NCBI GenBank assembly: GCA_913045445.1
Contig: CAJWQP010000001.1
Location: 7,397-71,396, forward strand
Reading direction: 5' to 3'
Source: an uncultured Nitrospina sp.
Lineage (GTDB): Bacteria; Nitrospinota; Nitrospinia; Nitrospinales; VA-1
Length of the DNA stretch: 64,000 nucleotides
Part shown: positions 9,305 through 18,721 of the stretch, piece after piece
How the letters are laid out: each line of letters begins with the position of its first letter
How positions within the stretch are numbered: the first letter of the stretch is position 1
Translations under genes and position numbers: made by a program
Notes under the pieces: generated by a model
The model's database searches: none
The model's input: only the letters and a program-made list of their open reading frames with translations
Told to the model about the DNA's origin: nothing

Positions 9305-10198
9305 TCAGTGACTGATATCGCAGAGAGAGTCGTTCTCCTCGCACGGATGAGTCTCGAACTGAATGGTTGAATGTTTAATATTAAACTTATCAGCCAGCAG
9401 ACTTTTGATTTCTTTCAAAGTTTTTTCAAACTGATTTGCCATACTATCATGAATCAGCGCATGAGTGCTCAACGCGTATATATTTGAGCAGATGCACCAA
9501 ATATGAAGTTCGTGAATATCCTAAACTGCCGGGATAGCCTGGAGTTCTTTTTTCACTTCAGATAGTGACACGCCCTTGGGCACCCCTTCCAGCAAAATTT
9601 GAAGCACTTCTGAAAGCACATTCCATGCTCCCCAAAACAACAGTGAGGAGATACCGGTAGCCAACAGCGGGTCCACGATATTCCATCCAGTGAACCAGAT
9701 GATAGCGCCTCCGATCAGAACACCCACAGAAGCGATGAGGTCGCCCAGAACGTGAAAAAAAGCGCTTTTAAGGTTCAGGGTCGTGCGTGTGTGCTGGAAC
9801 GGGTCTTTGAGATAGTAAATCACGATCAGGTTGGCTATCAGTCCAATAGCGGCAACTCCCATGACCATTTCACTGTTGACTGCCGGTGGGCTTTGGTAAC
9901 GCTGGAGAGCCTCGTATAAAATACCGCAGGCCATGAAAATGAACATGAAACCATTGACCACCGAGGCGAGGATCTCCATTCTATGGTAGCCATATGTTTT
10001 TTCACCATTGGATGGCCAGGCGCGCTATTTTAAGAGCGAATCAGCTCAAACTCAGTGACAGGACATCAGTGAGTATATGGGCCGCATCGCTCAACAGAGC
10101 CAGACTGTTAGGATACCTCCCACCACCTCAACACAGAGAATGCAAGAGGTGAGTACAACGGCCAGTTTCAAGCGTTTCTGAACCGTTTCGGAATCCAT
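9305..10198 (-). pseudogene. Cation diffusion facilitator (CzcD-like) pseudogene
   Basis: CDF signatures ('SLALLSDAAHILTDV', 'TYGYHRMEIL', 'HVLGDLIASVGV', 'DIHELHIW') are spread over three frames. There are frameshifts near 10105 and 10015-10025, an in-frame TGA near 10041, and an in-frame TAG at 9521-9523. Confidence 0.8.
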
Positions 10199-10534
10199 TG
10201 AACTTTTAGAATCTTTATCCACTTAAAACCATCTTTAATAGGTGTCTGGAAAAAAGTGGCTCCCTGAGAACAGAGGCTGTTTAAACACATGGCCAAAATT
10301 CATTGTAAATAACGGTCTTCCTTCCTGTCAAGGGAGCAGAAGAGGCAGGGCAGGTCTTTCAATACAACACCACTGAACCGACACCCCTCCAGCCTGTCTT
10401 TTAAACTCAGAGGAGTGGAGGCCAAGGTTTATTATAAGTAGAATCGATTAACATCGTATTTGTACCAGATTGGATAATTGTGATACATTGTGTTCCTTCA
10501 ACCGTAACTTTTTCGTAAAACTTAGGAGAATAAA

Positions 10535-11122
10535 ATGGCAACATTAGTTTCAAAACCTGCGCCCGATTTTGAAGCTCAGGCAGTAATGCCCGACGGTTCA
10601 TTCAAGCAAATAAAGCTTTCCGACTTTAAAGGAAAATATGTGGTTTTATTTTTCTATCCTCTTGATTTTACATTTGTCTGTCCCACAGAGATCATTGCGT
10701 TCAGTGACCAGCAGGGAGAGTTTGAGAAACGAAATACCCAGGTGCTGGGCGTTTCGATTGACAGTCATTTTTCCCATCTGGCCTGGAGGAATACTGATCG
10801 CAAAACAGGTGGATTGGGCGAGATAAAATATCCACTGGTTGCCGATCTCAATAAACAGATATGCAAAGATTACGACGTGCTGGCGGATATGGGAATCGCG
10901 TTTCGCGGACTATTCCTGATCGACAAAGACGGCGTGGTACAGCATCAGCTCGTCAACAACCTGCCTTTGGGCAGGAATATTGGCGAAGCTTTGCGTATGG
11001 TCGATGCACTGCAGTATCATGAAGAGCATGGCGAAGTGTGTCCCGCCAACTGGAAAGAGGGATCAGATGGGATGAAAGCCGACCCCAAAGGATCGCAGGA
11101 ATATTTCAATAAACACAATTAA
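10535..11122 (+). CDS. ahpC: Typical 2-Cys peroxiredoxin (AhpC/Tsa family)
   Basis: Peroxidatic Cys in 'FTFVCPTEI' and resolving Cys in 'EVCPANW'. 195 aa. Confidence 0.9.
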   Translation: MATLVSKPAPDFEAQAVMPDGSFKQIKLSDFKGKYVVLFFYPLDFTFVCPTEIIAFSDQQGEFEKRNTQVLGVSIDSHFSHLAWRNTDRKTGGLGEIKYPLVADLNKQICKDYDVLADMGIAFRGLFLIDKDGVVQHQLVNNLPLGRNIGEALRMVDALQYHEEHGEVCPANWKEGSDGMKADPKGSQEYFNKHN

Positions 11123-11180
11123 TTTGTAGCATTAAAGTTCTTTGGGTGGTTTGTCGGGCCCTCGAGCGAAATTTGAAAAT

Positions 11181-11214
11181 CCCACGGGCGGAAACGTCCG
11201 TGGGCCTTTTTTTT
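11181..11214 (+). terminator. Intrinsic terminator after the peroxiredoxin gene
   Basis: Stem CCCACGGGCG / CGTCCGTGGG with a GAAA loop, followed by a run of 8 T that ends at the surE ATG. Confidence 0.8.
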
Positions 11215-11970
11215 ATGATTGTTTTATGCAATGACGACGGTTTCAGTGCCGATGGAATCCGCACTATCTATAAAGAGCTATCCAGAATAGCCGAGGTGGT
11301 GATAGTCGCTCCAGAGACCGAGCAGAGCGCAATGGGTCATGCCATCACGTTGACCCAGCCGCTCAAAGTGCGCAAAGTGGTTGAAGGAGGGAAGTTCATG
11401 GGTTACGCCGTCAACGGAACCCCGGCAGACTGTATTAAAATTGCCACCACCGTACTTTTTGACCAGGCCCCTGAAATGGTGGTTTCAGGTGTCAACCTGG
11501 GAGGAAACCTGGGCACCTGCGCCATCTATTCCGGTACCGTATCCGCCGCAACTGAAGCCACGATAGAAGGAATTCCTGCCATAGCTGTATCTCTAAATAC
11601 CTTTGAGAATCCCAATTTTGCATTTGCTGCCGAATTTGGTGCCAGACTCGCAGGGATGGTTTTAGAGAAAGGTTTGCCAGAGGGAGTGGCGCTGAACGTG
11701 AATGTGCCCGCTGTTCCCCGGTCAGAAATCAAGGGAGTGGCTGTTACCCGGCAGGGAAAATCCCGCGTGGTGGAAACTTTCGATAAGCGGGTTGATCCCA
11801 GAAATAATACATACTACTGGATGGCCGGGGAGATGCGCTTTGATGAAGTCGATGATAAGGCAGATTGTTTTCAGGTTTCAAATAACCATATTTCTGTTAC
11901 GCCGATTCATTTTGATCTCACCAGTTATAAAACAATAGAGGAACTGAAAGGCTGGGATTTTTCTCTTTAG
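11215..11970 (+). CDS. surE: 5'/3'-nucleotidase SurE
   Basis: Begins 'MIVLCNDDGFSADGI', the canonical SurE N-terminus. The track ORF opens earlier, at GTG 11146, and reads through the terminator hairpin. Confidence 0.85.
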   Translation: MIVLCNDDGFSADGIRTIYKELSRIAEVVIVAPETEQSAMGHAITLTQPLKVRKVVEGGKFMGYAVNGTPADCIKIATTVLFDQAPEMVVSGVNLGGNLGTCAIYSGTVSAATEATIEGIPAIAVSLNTFENPNFAFAAEFGARLAGMVLEKGLPEGVALNVNVPAVPRSEIKGVAVTRQGKSRVVETFDKRVDPRNNTYYWMAGEMRFDEVDDKADCFQVSNNHISVTPIHFDLTSYKTIEELKGWDFSL

Positions 11971-12025
11971 TTTTGGGTTGATAATCATAAAGTGAGTTCC
12001 TCGTTTATGAGTCGGGCAACTACAA

Positions 12026-12070
12026 TAAAAAAAGGCCGATGAGCAAACGCTCATCGGCCTTTCTGTTTTT
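12026..12070. terminator. Bidirectional intrinsic terminator between surE (+) and pnp (-)
   Basis: Stem GGCCGATGAG / CTCATCGGCC with an A-run upstream and a T-rich tract downstream. Confidence 0.8.
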
Positions 12071-12093
12071 GTAGTAAAGAGGAATGCTCGTCT

Positions 12094-14193
12094 TTATACC
12101 TTGACTTCCGAAGTGCTGTCTTTCAAGGCTTCTTTTCGGCTGAGCTTTACTTTCCCCTGTTGGTCCACATCAATGACCTTCACTTTGATTTCATCACCTT
12201 CCGAGATTTCATCAGAGACGCTTTTGATACGTCTGTCGCAAATCTGGGAAATGTGAACGAGGCCATCCGTTCCCGGGAAGATTTCTACAAAGGCACCAAA
12301 GTCGACAATTTTCTTAACCTTGCCGAGATATACTTTGCCAATTTCCACTTCCTGGGTGAGATTGTCAATGTACTCGATGGCCTTGTCTGCCGCGGCCTGA
12401 TCAGACGATGCAATAGAAACCAGACCGCTGTCATCGATATCGATGCTGACGCCGGTTTTGTCGATGATTTCACGAATGACTTTGCCGCCTGGGCCAATGA
12501 TATCGCGAATCTTGTCGGTCGGTACTTTCATGGTGATGATTCTGGGAGCGTGCTTGGATAATTCAGCTCGCGGCTCATCCAGAGCTTTAGCCATTTCGCC
12601 CAGAATATGAAGTCGCCCTTCCTTTGCCTGTTGCATGGCCCTTCCCATCAAATCCTTATCCAGTCCGCCAATCTTGATATCCATTTGCAGGGCAGTGATT
12701 CCATCTTTTGTTCCTGCTACCTTGAAATCCATATCACCGAGATGATCTTCCGATCCCAGGATGTCAGACAGAATAGCGACATCATCACCCTCTTTGATAA
12801 GGCCCATGGCAATTCCCGCAACCGGGTTCGCTATGGGAACACCCGCATCCATCATGGCCAGTGAGCCGCCACATACAGAGGCCATCGAAGACGATCCGTT
12901 GGATTCCAGAATGTCAGAGACGATGCGGATGGTGTATGGGAACTTTTCTCTATCCGGCAGTACAGGAATCAGAGCACGTTCGGCCAGCATACCGTGACCA
13001 ATTTCTCTTCGTCCAGGACCTCCGATAAATTTGGTTTCCCCGGTACAGAAGGCGGGGAAGTTATAGTGCAGGTAAAAATGCCTGACGCCTTTGAACTCCA
13101 GTGTGTCAATGCGTTGTTCATCCGCGTTGGTGCCCAGAGTGGCGCTTACCAGTGCTTGTGTTTCTCCACGGGTGAAAACGGATGATCCGTGAACCCGGGG
13201 AAGGTAACCCATCTTGATGCTGATGGGACGCACTTCATTGAGAGCTCGTCCATCAACGCGCTTCTGGTTTTCTATAATCATTTTGCGCACGACATCTTTT
13301 TCCGCGTCATGAAACAGATTGCCAAGAGTTCCTTTAAGAGCATCATCGCCTTCCGGGTTGACCTCGGCATCCATGTCACTTTTAATTTCACTCACAGCAT
13401 TCGCTCGCTCATGTTTGCCAGTGATTTGCATGGCTTCATTGAGTTTTGAGCAAACGAGGCTATTGACCCGGTCTACAAGAGCGCCATCAATTTCTTCTTT
13501 CACCACGACCGCTTTTTCTTTATTGATTTTTTCTTTGAGCTGAATTTGCAGGTCGATCAGTTTTTTGATTCGCTCATGTCCAAACTCCAAAGCGGCCATC
13601 ATTTCATCTTCGCTGGCTTCCTTGGCGCCCGCTTCGACCATGACGATTCCATCTGCGGTTCCAGCCATGAGAAGTTGGATATCGCTTTCTTTACTTTCTT
13701 CATGGTTGGGATTAAATACGAAGTTGCCGTCAACTCGACCAATTCTTGCTCCCGCTATTGGGTTGTCAAAAGGTATATCAGAAATCATCAAAGCGGCAGA
13801 GGCGCCCGTCAAAGCAATGATGTCCGCAGGGTTGACCTGATCGTGGGAAATAACGAAGCAGACCAGTTGTGTTTCGTTACGGAAACCGTCCGGAAACAGT
13901 GGGCGGATAGGCCTGTCGATCAGTCGGCATGTAAGGGTTTCATAGTCGCTCGGTCGAGCTTCCCTTTTAAAGAATCCACCAGGGATTTTCCCGGCGGCGT
14001 AAGTTTTTTCCCTGTAATCTACTGTGAGAGGGAAAAAATCTATTCCCTCCCTTGGTTTTGGCGCCATAGTGGCCGCCACCAGTACCATGGTTTCACCTTG
14101 TGATACAACCACAGAACCCCCGGCTTGTCGTGCCAGATCGCCTGCTTCTAAAGATATAGTTTTCCCGTCAAGTTCTATTTCTACTCTTTCCAT
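12094..14193 (-). CDS. pnp: Polyribonucleotide nucleotidyltransferase (PNPase)
   Basis: 699 aa with two RNase PH domains followed by KH and S1 domains ('GKVYLGKVKKIVDFGAFVE'). Confidence 0.97.
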   Translation of the reverse strand: MERVEIELDGKTISLEAGDLARQAGGSVVVSQGETMVLVAATMAPKPREGIDFFPLTVDYREKTYAAGKIPGGFFKREARPSDYETLTCRLIDRPIRPLFPDGFRNETQLVCFVISHDQVNPADIIALTGASAALMISDIPFDNPIAGARIGRVDGNFVFNPNHEESKESDIQLLMAGTADGIVMVEAGAKEASEDEMMAALEFGHERIKKLIDLQIQLKEKINKEKAVVVKEEIDGALVDRVNSLVCSKLNEAMQITGKHERANAVSEIKSDMDAEVNPEGDDALKGTLGNLFHDAEKDVVRKMIIENQKRVDGRALNEVRPISIKMGYLPRVHGSSVFTRGETQALVSATLGTNADEQRIDTLEFKGVRHFYLHYNFPAFCTGETKFIGGPGRREIGHGMLAERALIPVLPDREKFPYTIRIVSDILESNGSSSMASVCGGSLAMMDAGVPIANPVAGIAMGLIKEGDDVAILSDILGSEDHLGDMDFKVAGTKDGITALQMDIKIGGLDKDLMGRAMQQAKEGRLHILGEMAKALDEPRAELSKHAPRIITMKVPTDKIRDIIGPGGKVIREIIDKTGVSIDIDDSGLVSIASSDQAAADKAIEYIDNLTQEVEIGKVYLGKVKKIVDFGAFVEIFPGTDGLVHISQICDRRIKSVSDEISEGDEIKVKVIDVDQQGKVKLSRKEALKDSTSEVKV

Positions 14194-14214
14194 TCAATTG
14201 TCTCCAAAAGTCGA

Positions 14215-14484
14215 TTAGCGTCTGATTCCCAGACGTGAAATGATTTGCTGATACCGGTTGACATCTTCTTTTCTAAGATGGTCCAGTAGTTTTCGTCGTC
14301 GGCTTACGATTTTTAGCAGTCCCTGTCTGGAATGATGGTCCTTGTTGTGGGATCTGAAGTGCTCGGTAAGATAGTTAAGCCGATTGGTTAAAAGTGCGAT
14401 TTGCACCTCCGACGAGCCGGTATCGCTGTCGTGCAGTTTATAATCGGAAATGACTGTTGTTTTCGCTTCCTTGGTAGATGACAT
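14215..14484 (-). CDS. rpsO: 30S ribosomal protein S15
   Basis: 89 aa with '[23 protein letters not shown]'. It lies immediately upstream of pnp. Confidence 0.97.
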   Translation of the reverse strand: MSSTKEAKTTVISDYKLHDSDTGSSEVQIALLTNRLNYLTEHFRSHNKDHHSRQGLLKIVSRRRKLLDHLRKEDVNRYQQIISRLGIRR

Positions 14485-14626
14485 TATCCTTATCCTCTTA
14501 GGTTAAAAGCAAGAGAACGATTGAAAAATGTTTTCGCAGGAGAACTATCGCCATGACACCCGCCTGAGGTTGTCATATAATTCTTCTGCGAAAACATTCC
14601 AATCACTTTTCTTGCTAAAAAATAGT

Positions 14627-15568
14627 TCAACACAATACACGTTTAGGTTTAAATACAATATCTTCCGGTGCCATGCCGGGCAGTGTGTCTTGATCGACCA
14701 CAGGTTCGACAACAGCGAGTATCTCGTTGTTGCCGCCAAAAACCCGGAAATAGTGTCCCGGTTCAAATCGGTCGGGAAGAGTCTCTATAAATGATTTTGA
14801 AAGTGCTACCCCATGGGAGATTGATTCGAGGTATTCCTCTTTCACGCGGATCGCCGGAAGAAAATTGAGCGCTTCTTCCCAGGGAATGAGCTTGCCAGGC
14901 AGGCTACCATCGTCTTTCGCGACTTCTAACGCTTCCAGACTCAGGGCACGTTCCAAATCGAACGGTCCAACCTGAGTTCGGGTCAGCCGGACCATATGCG
15001 CGTAACACCCCAACTTTCTACCAATATCATGGGACAGTGTGCGTATATAGGTTCCGGCGGAACAATGCACTTCAAATAAAACCTGAGTTCCTTCCTTCTT
15101 TATAAAATCAATTGAATAAACAACAATTTTTACGGGTTCTCTGACGATATTAATACCATTTCTGGCCAATTTGTAAAGAGGAATTCCATTTTTCTTTTTT
15201 GCGGAGTACATTGGGGGAACCTGGTCCTGTTCACCCATAAATGCTTGTAAAGCTTGTTTAATTTGATTTTCGGTGACGCTTGAAGGGTCGCCGGTGGCCA
15301 GAACCTTTCCTGTGGCGTCCTGAGTGTCTGTCTCAGACCCCAGTTCGAGTGTCGCGCGGTAAGTTTTTCGTAATGGCGATAAAAACTGGATTATACGGGT
15401 GGACCGATTGAGGCATATCGGAAGTACCCCCTCGGCCATAGGGTCAAGAGTTCCGATATGCCCGGCTTTTTTGATGCCGAGAATCTTTCTGACCGACCAG
15501 ACCATATCAAAGGATGTCGGCCCGACAGGCTTAAACAGGTTGATAATGCTATTCTGAATTGAAGTCAT
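14627..15568 (-). CDS. truB: tRNA pseudouridine(55) synthase
   Basis: Catalytic 'GHIGTLDPMAEGVLP' and a PUA-like C-terminus. Sits in the rbfA-truB-rpsO context. Confidence 0.93.
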   Translation of the reverse strand: MTSIQNSIINLFKPVGPTSFDMVWSVRKILGIKKAGHIGTLDPMAEGVLPICLNRSTRIIQFLSPLRKTYRATLELGSETDTQDATGKVLATGDPSSVTENQIKQALQAFMGEQDQVPPMYSAKKKNGIPLYKLARNGINIVREPVKIVVYSIDFIKKEGTQVLFEVHCSAGTYIRTLSHDIGRKLGCYAHMVRLTRTQVGPFDLERALSLEALEVAKDDGSLPGKLIPWEEALNFLPAIRVKEEYLESISHGVALSKSFIETLPDRFEPGHYFRVFGGNNEILAVVEPVVDQDTLPGMAPEDIVFKPKRVLC

Positions 15569-15893
15569 TGATAATTTTGTTTATTTTGGCAACATGCTCA
15601 GCCGTCCCGTCTAATATGAATTCCAATACCGGGATATACCGGAGAGAAAGCTTTTTCCCCAAGGCACCTCTGATGAATCCTGATGCACGGGTCAACCCCT
15701 CTATGGTGTCTTTTTGTTCCCGCTCAGTGCCAAAGACGCTGATATAAACTTTCGCGTGTTTTAAGTTATCGCTTAGATTTACTTTTGTCACCGTGGCAAA
15801 CCCGATTCGCGGGTCCTTCAAACCTCTTTGAATAAGAGCCGAGATTTCTTCCAGAAGCAGTTCTTGAACTCTCTCTGATCGCTTGAACCGCAT
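15549..15893 (-). CDS. rbfA: Ribosome-binding factor A
   Basis: 114 aa with 'RVQELLLEEISALIQRGLKDPRIGFATVT'. It follows infB. Confidence 0.9.
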   Translation of the reverse strand: MRFKRSERVQELLLEEISALIQRGLKDPRIGFATVTKVNLSDNLKHAKVYISVFGTEREQKDTIEGLTRASGFIRGALGKKLSLRYIPVLEFILDGTAEHVAKINKIINDFNSE

Positions 15894-15916
15894 GGTATTG
15901 TCCTTATAGACCCGGT

Positions 15917-16219
15917 TCAGTTCTGCTCTGGACTCATCCGGGTGATCCGCACCTGACAGTCTGTGATTTCCGCCAGATGCATGTTTTCAATAGCATCGAC
16001 CACTTTGCTCATTTGGCCTTCAAGATACTTTGAGTCTGAATTAACAGCCACGATTCCCATATGCAGACTCTGCCAGACATCCTGATCGCCTATCTCCGCC
16101 ACGGAAACATTAAAATTATTTTTGAGCCGGTCTTTAAGAGTACGGATGATCCGTCGTTTCCCCTTTAACGAATTGTTCCCATGGAGAAAAAATTTTATAG
16201 AACAACAGCCGACATGCAT
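15917..16219 (-). CDS. DUF503 (YlxP-like) protein
   Basis: 100 aa between infB and rbfA, which is the usual DUF503 position. Contains 'LKGKRRIIRTLKDRL'. Confidence 0.7.
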   Translation of the reverse strand: MHVGCCSIKFFLHGNNSLKGKRRIIRTLKDRLKNNFNVSVAEIGDQDVWQSLHMGIVAVNSDSKYLEGQMSKVVDAIENMHLAEITDCQVRITRMSPEQN

Positions 16220-16333
16220 ATGAAAACTCTTTATAGAAAACCAAGTTTTCAGGGAATTAGAATATCCGTACTACGATTGCTTATATCGCGTTTGTTGGAA
16301 GCAATTAGAAGGCGGTTGATGCTATCAATTCCG

Positions 16334-18658
16334 TCAATGGGGAATTTCTTCCATCACGAAAGGCTCTATGACATCTCCCTGCTTGATGTCCTGGTATTTA
16401 TCTAGAGAAATACCACAGTCATATCCTTGTTGAACTTCCTTAACGTCATCTTTGAAACGCCGGATGGACAGAACTCTTCCCTGATAAATCACAACGCTGT
16501 CGCGAATGAGTCTTGCTTCCGTATTGCGCTCTATCTTCCCCTGTGTCACATGGCTACCCGCGATCGAACCAACTTTTGGGATAGTAAATACTTCCCTGAC
16601 TTCGGCGCGGCCCATGATTATTTCCTTGAACTTTGGAGCCAACAAGCCTTCCAGAGCTTTCTTCATATCTTCAATGGCATCGTATATGATGCCGTACATT
16701 CTGATGTCCACTTTTTCGCGTGTGGCAAGAAAATCTGCCTTGTCTGTCGGCCGCACGTTGAATCCGATAATGATCGCGTTGGAGGCACTTGATAAAAGGA
16801 CATCCGATTCGTTGATCCCGCCAACTCCATCGTGGATAATTTTGATTCTGATTTCTGAGGTTTCCAGCTTGGTGAAAGCTTCCTGAACAGCGGAAATCGA
16901 ACCTTGTGTATCCGCTTTGATGATAAGATGGAGTTCCTTGATCTTACCTTCAACAATTTGCTGGTGAAGATCTTCCATGGTTACCCGCGCAGATTCCGCC
17001 AATTGCACTTCACGTCTTTGTTGGAGTCGCATATCACTGTACTGACGCGCTTTGCGTTCATCCCCCACGACATAAAACTTATCTCCCGGTTGCGGGACTT
17101 CAGGCATGCCCACGATTTCCACCGGTGTGGCGGGAGAGGCTTCCTTTATTTTAGATCCTTTGTCATCTATCAATGCTCGTACTTTGCCAAAAAAGGGTCC
17201 GACCACAAAAGGTTGGCCCACAGTTAATGTCCCTTTTTGCACAATCACCGTGGCAACCGGGCCTCTTCCTTTATCCAGTTTGGATTCAATAACTACGCCT
17301 TGTGGGCGCAGAGTCGGGTTCGCTTTCAGTTCCATGACCTCAGCTTGCAGGAGAATCAATTCCAGAAGGTGGTCGATCCCTGTTTTCTGCAATGCGGAAA
17401 CCTCAGTGAATATAGTTTGTCCGCCCCAGTCCTCAGGTAACAACCCCACTTCGGCCAGTTGCTTCTTTACCTCTTCGGGCTTGGCTCCGGGTTTATCAAC
17501 TTTGTTGATGGCAACCAGAATCGGTACGTTGCCAGCATGGGCATGGTCGATAGCTTCTTTGGTTTGAGGTTTTATTCCATCATCGGCGGCAACTACCAGA
17601 ATAACGATGTCCGTTACCTGCGCTCCACGAGCACGCATGGCAGTAAATGCTTCGTGACCAGGGGTGTCGAGGAAAGTGATGGACTGACCATTAATCGTTG
17701 CCCGGTAGGCACCTATGTGCTGAGTAATGCCACCTGCTTCTGAGTTTGTGAGACTGGTTTTTCTTATCGCATCGAGTAGTGATGTTTTTCCATGATCGAC
17801 ATGCCCCATGATAGTTACAATGGGGGGTCGCGGAATAATATCTTTTGGAGACTCTTCTTCCTCTTCTTCAAAATCAAGAACCGTCTTGTCCTTGATCATC
17901 TCAACTTCAAAGCCTCGCTGATCGGCTACCTTGGAAGCGACCTCAAAGCTGAGACTTTGGTTGATGGTAGTCATGACTCCCAGACTCATGAGTTCCTTGA
18001 TCACATCGTTTGGAGTACAACGCAAACTTTCAGCCAGGTCCCGGACCATGATGTTCTCCGGTAATTGAACAAGTTCAAAGCCTTCTTCTTCAATAACAGG
18101 CTGTTTTTCGGGTTCCGGTGTTACCGCAGGAGGTTTTTTTTCCGCCTTAACCGGTTTCGCAGGTTGTTTGGCTTTGGGTTTTTCTTTGACCGGAGTCGCT
18201 TTCTTTTCTTCTTCCTTGGGCTTTTCTTCGAGTTTTACAATTTTGAGCCCGGACTTTTTTCCCGCTTTGGCAGATTCCTTAGTGGCGACTTCTTTTCTGG
18301 TTGTTTCTGACTTTTTCTCGGTTTTCTTCGTGGTTGTTTTTACTGCTTTAGTCGCTTTCGCTTTTACCTTCGACTCTTCAGGGGTTTTTTTGCCAGTGGA
18401 GGCTTTCTTGGTAGTGGTTTTGGCCTTGGGAGCAGCCTTTTTCGCGGCAGTTTTCTTGGTGGTTGCTTTGGCCTTGGAAGTCGCCTTTTTGGACGATAGC
18501 TTAGGGTTGAAGAACTCGCGGATTTCATCCGCAGTCCCAGCGTCTATTGAGCTCATATAGTTTTTGACCGTATGCCCCTTCTTTTCCAGCGCATCCAGGA
18601 TCTGGTCGTTCTGAACATTGAGCTCCAAGGCCAGCTTATTAATGCGGATTTTACCCAA
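16334..18658 (-). CDS. infB: Translation initiation factor IF-2
   Basis: G-domain motifs 'GHVDHGKTSLLD', 'DTPGHEAF' and 'NKVD', with a Lys/Ala/Thr-rich N-terminal region. I prefer the TTG at 18658 preceded by GGAGG; the track ORF opens at 18670. Confidence 0.97.
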   Translation of the reverse strand: MGKIRINKLALELNVQNDQILDALEKKGHTVKNYMSSIDAGTADEIREFFNPKLSSKKATSKAKATTKKTAAKKAAPKAKTTTKKASTGKKTPEESKVKAKATKAVKTTTKKTEKKSETTRKEVATKESAKAGKKSGLKIVKLEEKPKEEEKKATPVKEKPKAKQPAKPVKAEKKPPAVTPEPEKQPVIEEEGFELVQLPENIMVRDLAESLRCTPNDVIKELMSLGVMTTINQSLSFEVASKVADQRGFEVEMIKDKTVLDFEEEEEESPKDIIPRPPIVTIMGHVDHGKTSLLDAIRKTSLTNSEAGGITQHIGAYRATINGQSITFLDTPGHEAFTAMRARGAQVTDIVILVVAADDGIKPQTKEAIDHAHAGNVPILVAINKVDKPGAKPEEVKKQLAEVGLLPEDWGGQTIFTEVSALQKTGIDHLLELILLQAEVMELKANPTLRPQGVVIESKLDKGRGPVATVIVQKGTLTVGQPFVVGPFFGKVRALIDDKGSKIKEASPATPVEIVGMPEVPQPGDKFYVVGDERKARQYSDMRLQQRREVQLAESARVTMEDLHQQIVEGKIKELHLIIKADTQGSISAVQEAFTKLETSEIRIKIIHDGVGGINESDVLLSSASNAIIIGFNVRPTDKADFLATREKVDIRMYGIIYDAIEDMKKALEGLLAPKFKEIIMGRAEVREVFTIPKVGSIAGSHVTQGKIERNTEARLIRDSVVIYQGRVLSIRRFKDDVKEVQQGYDCGISLDKYQDIKQGDVIEPFVMEEIPH

Positions 18659-18721
18659 AAAAACCTCCAAACCTATTAAGTTTTTGTAATTTGCCTATAA
18701 CATGATGCGTTCCTTTTAAGC

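Noticed and set aside
9521-9523. In-frame TAG codons (here and at 55091-55093) as possible recoding, such as pyrrolysine or suppression.
   Set aside because: Both occur in genes that carry additional frameshifts or other stop codons. No Pyl machinery is visible, so these are ordinary nonsense mutations in pseudogenes.
12160-14218. Numerous 60-185-aa plus-strand ORFs inside the pnp gene (e.g. 13546-14103).
   Set aside because: They lie antisense to a strongly conserved, uninterrupted PNPase frame. Their composition is typical of shadow ORFs, and I see no start or RBS context or recognisable motifs.
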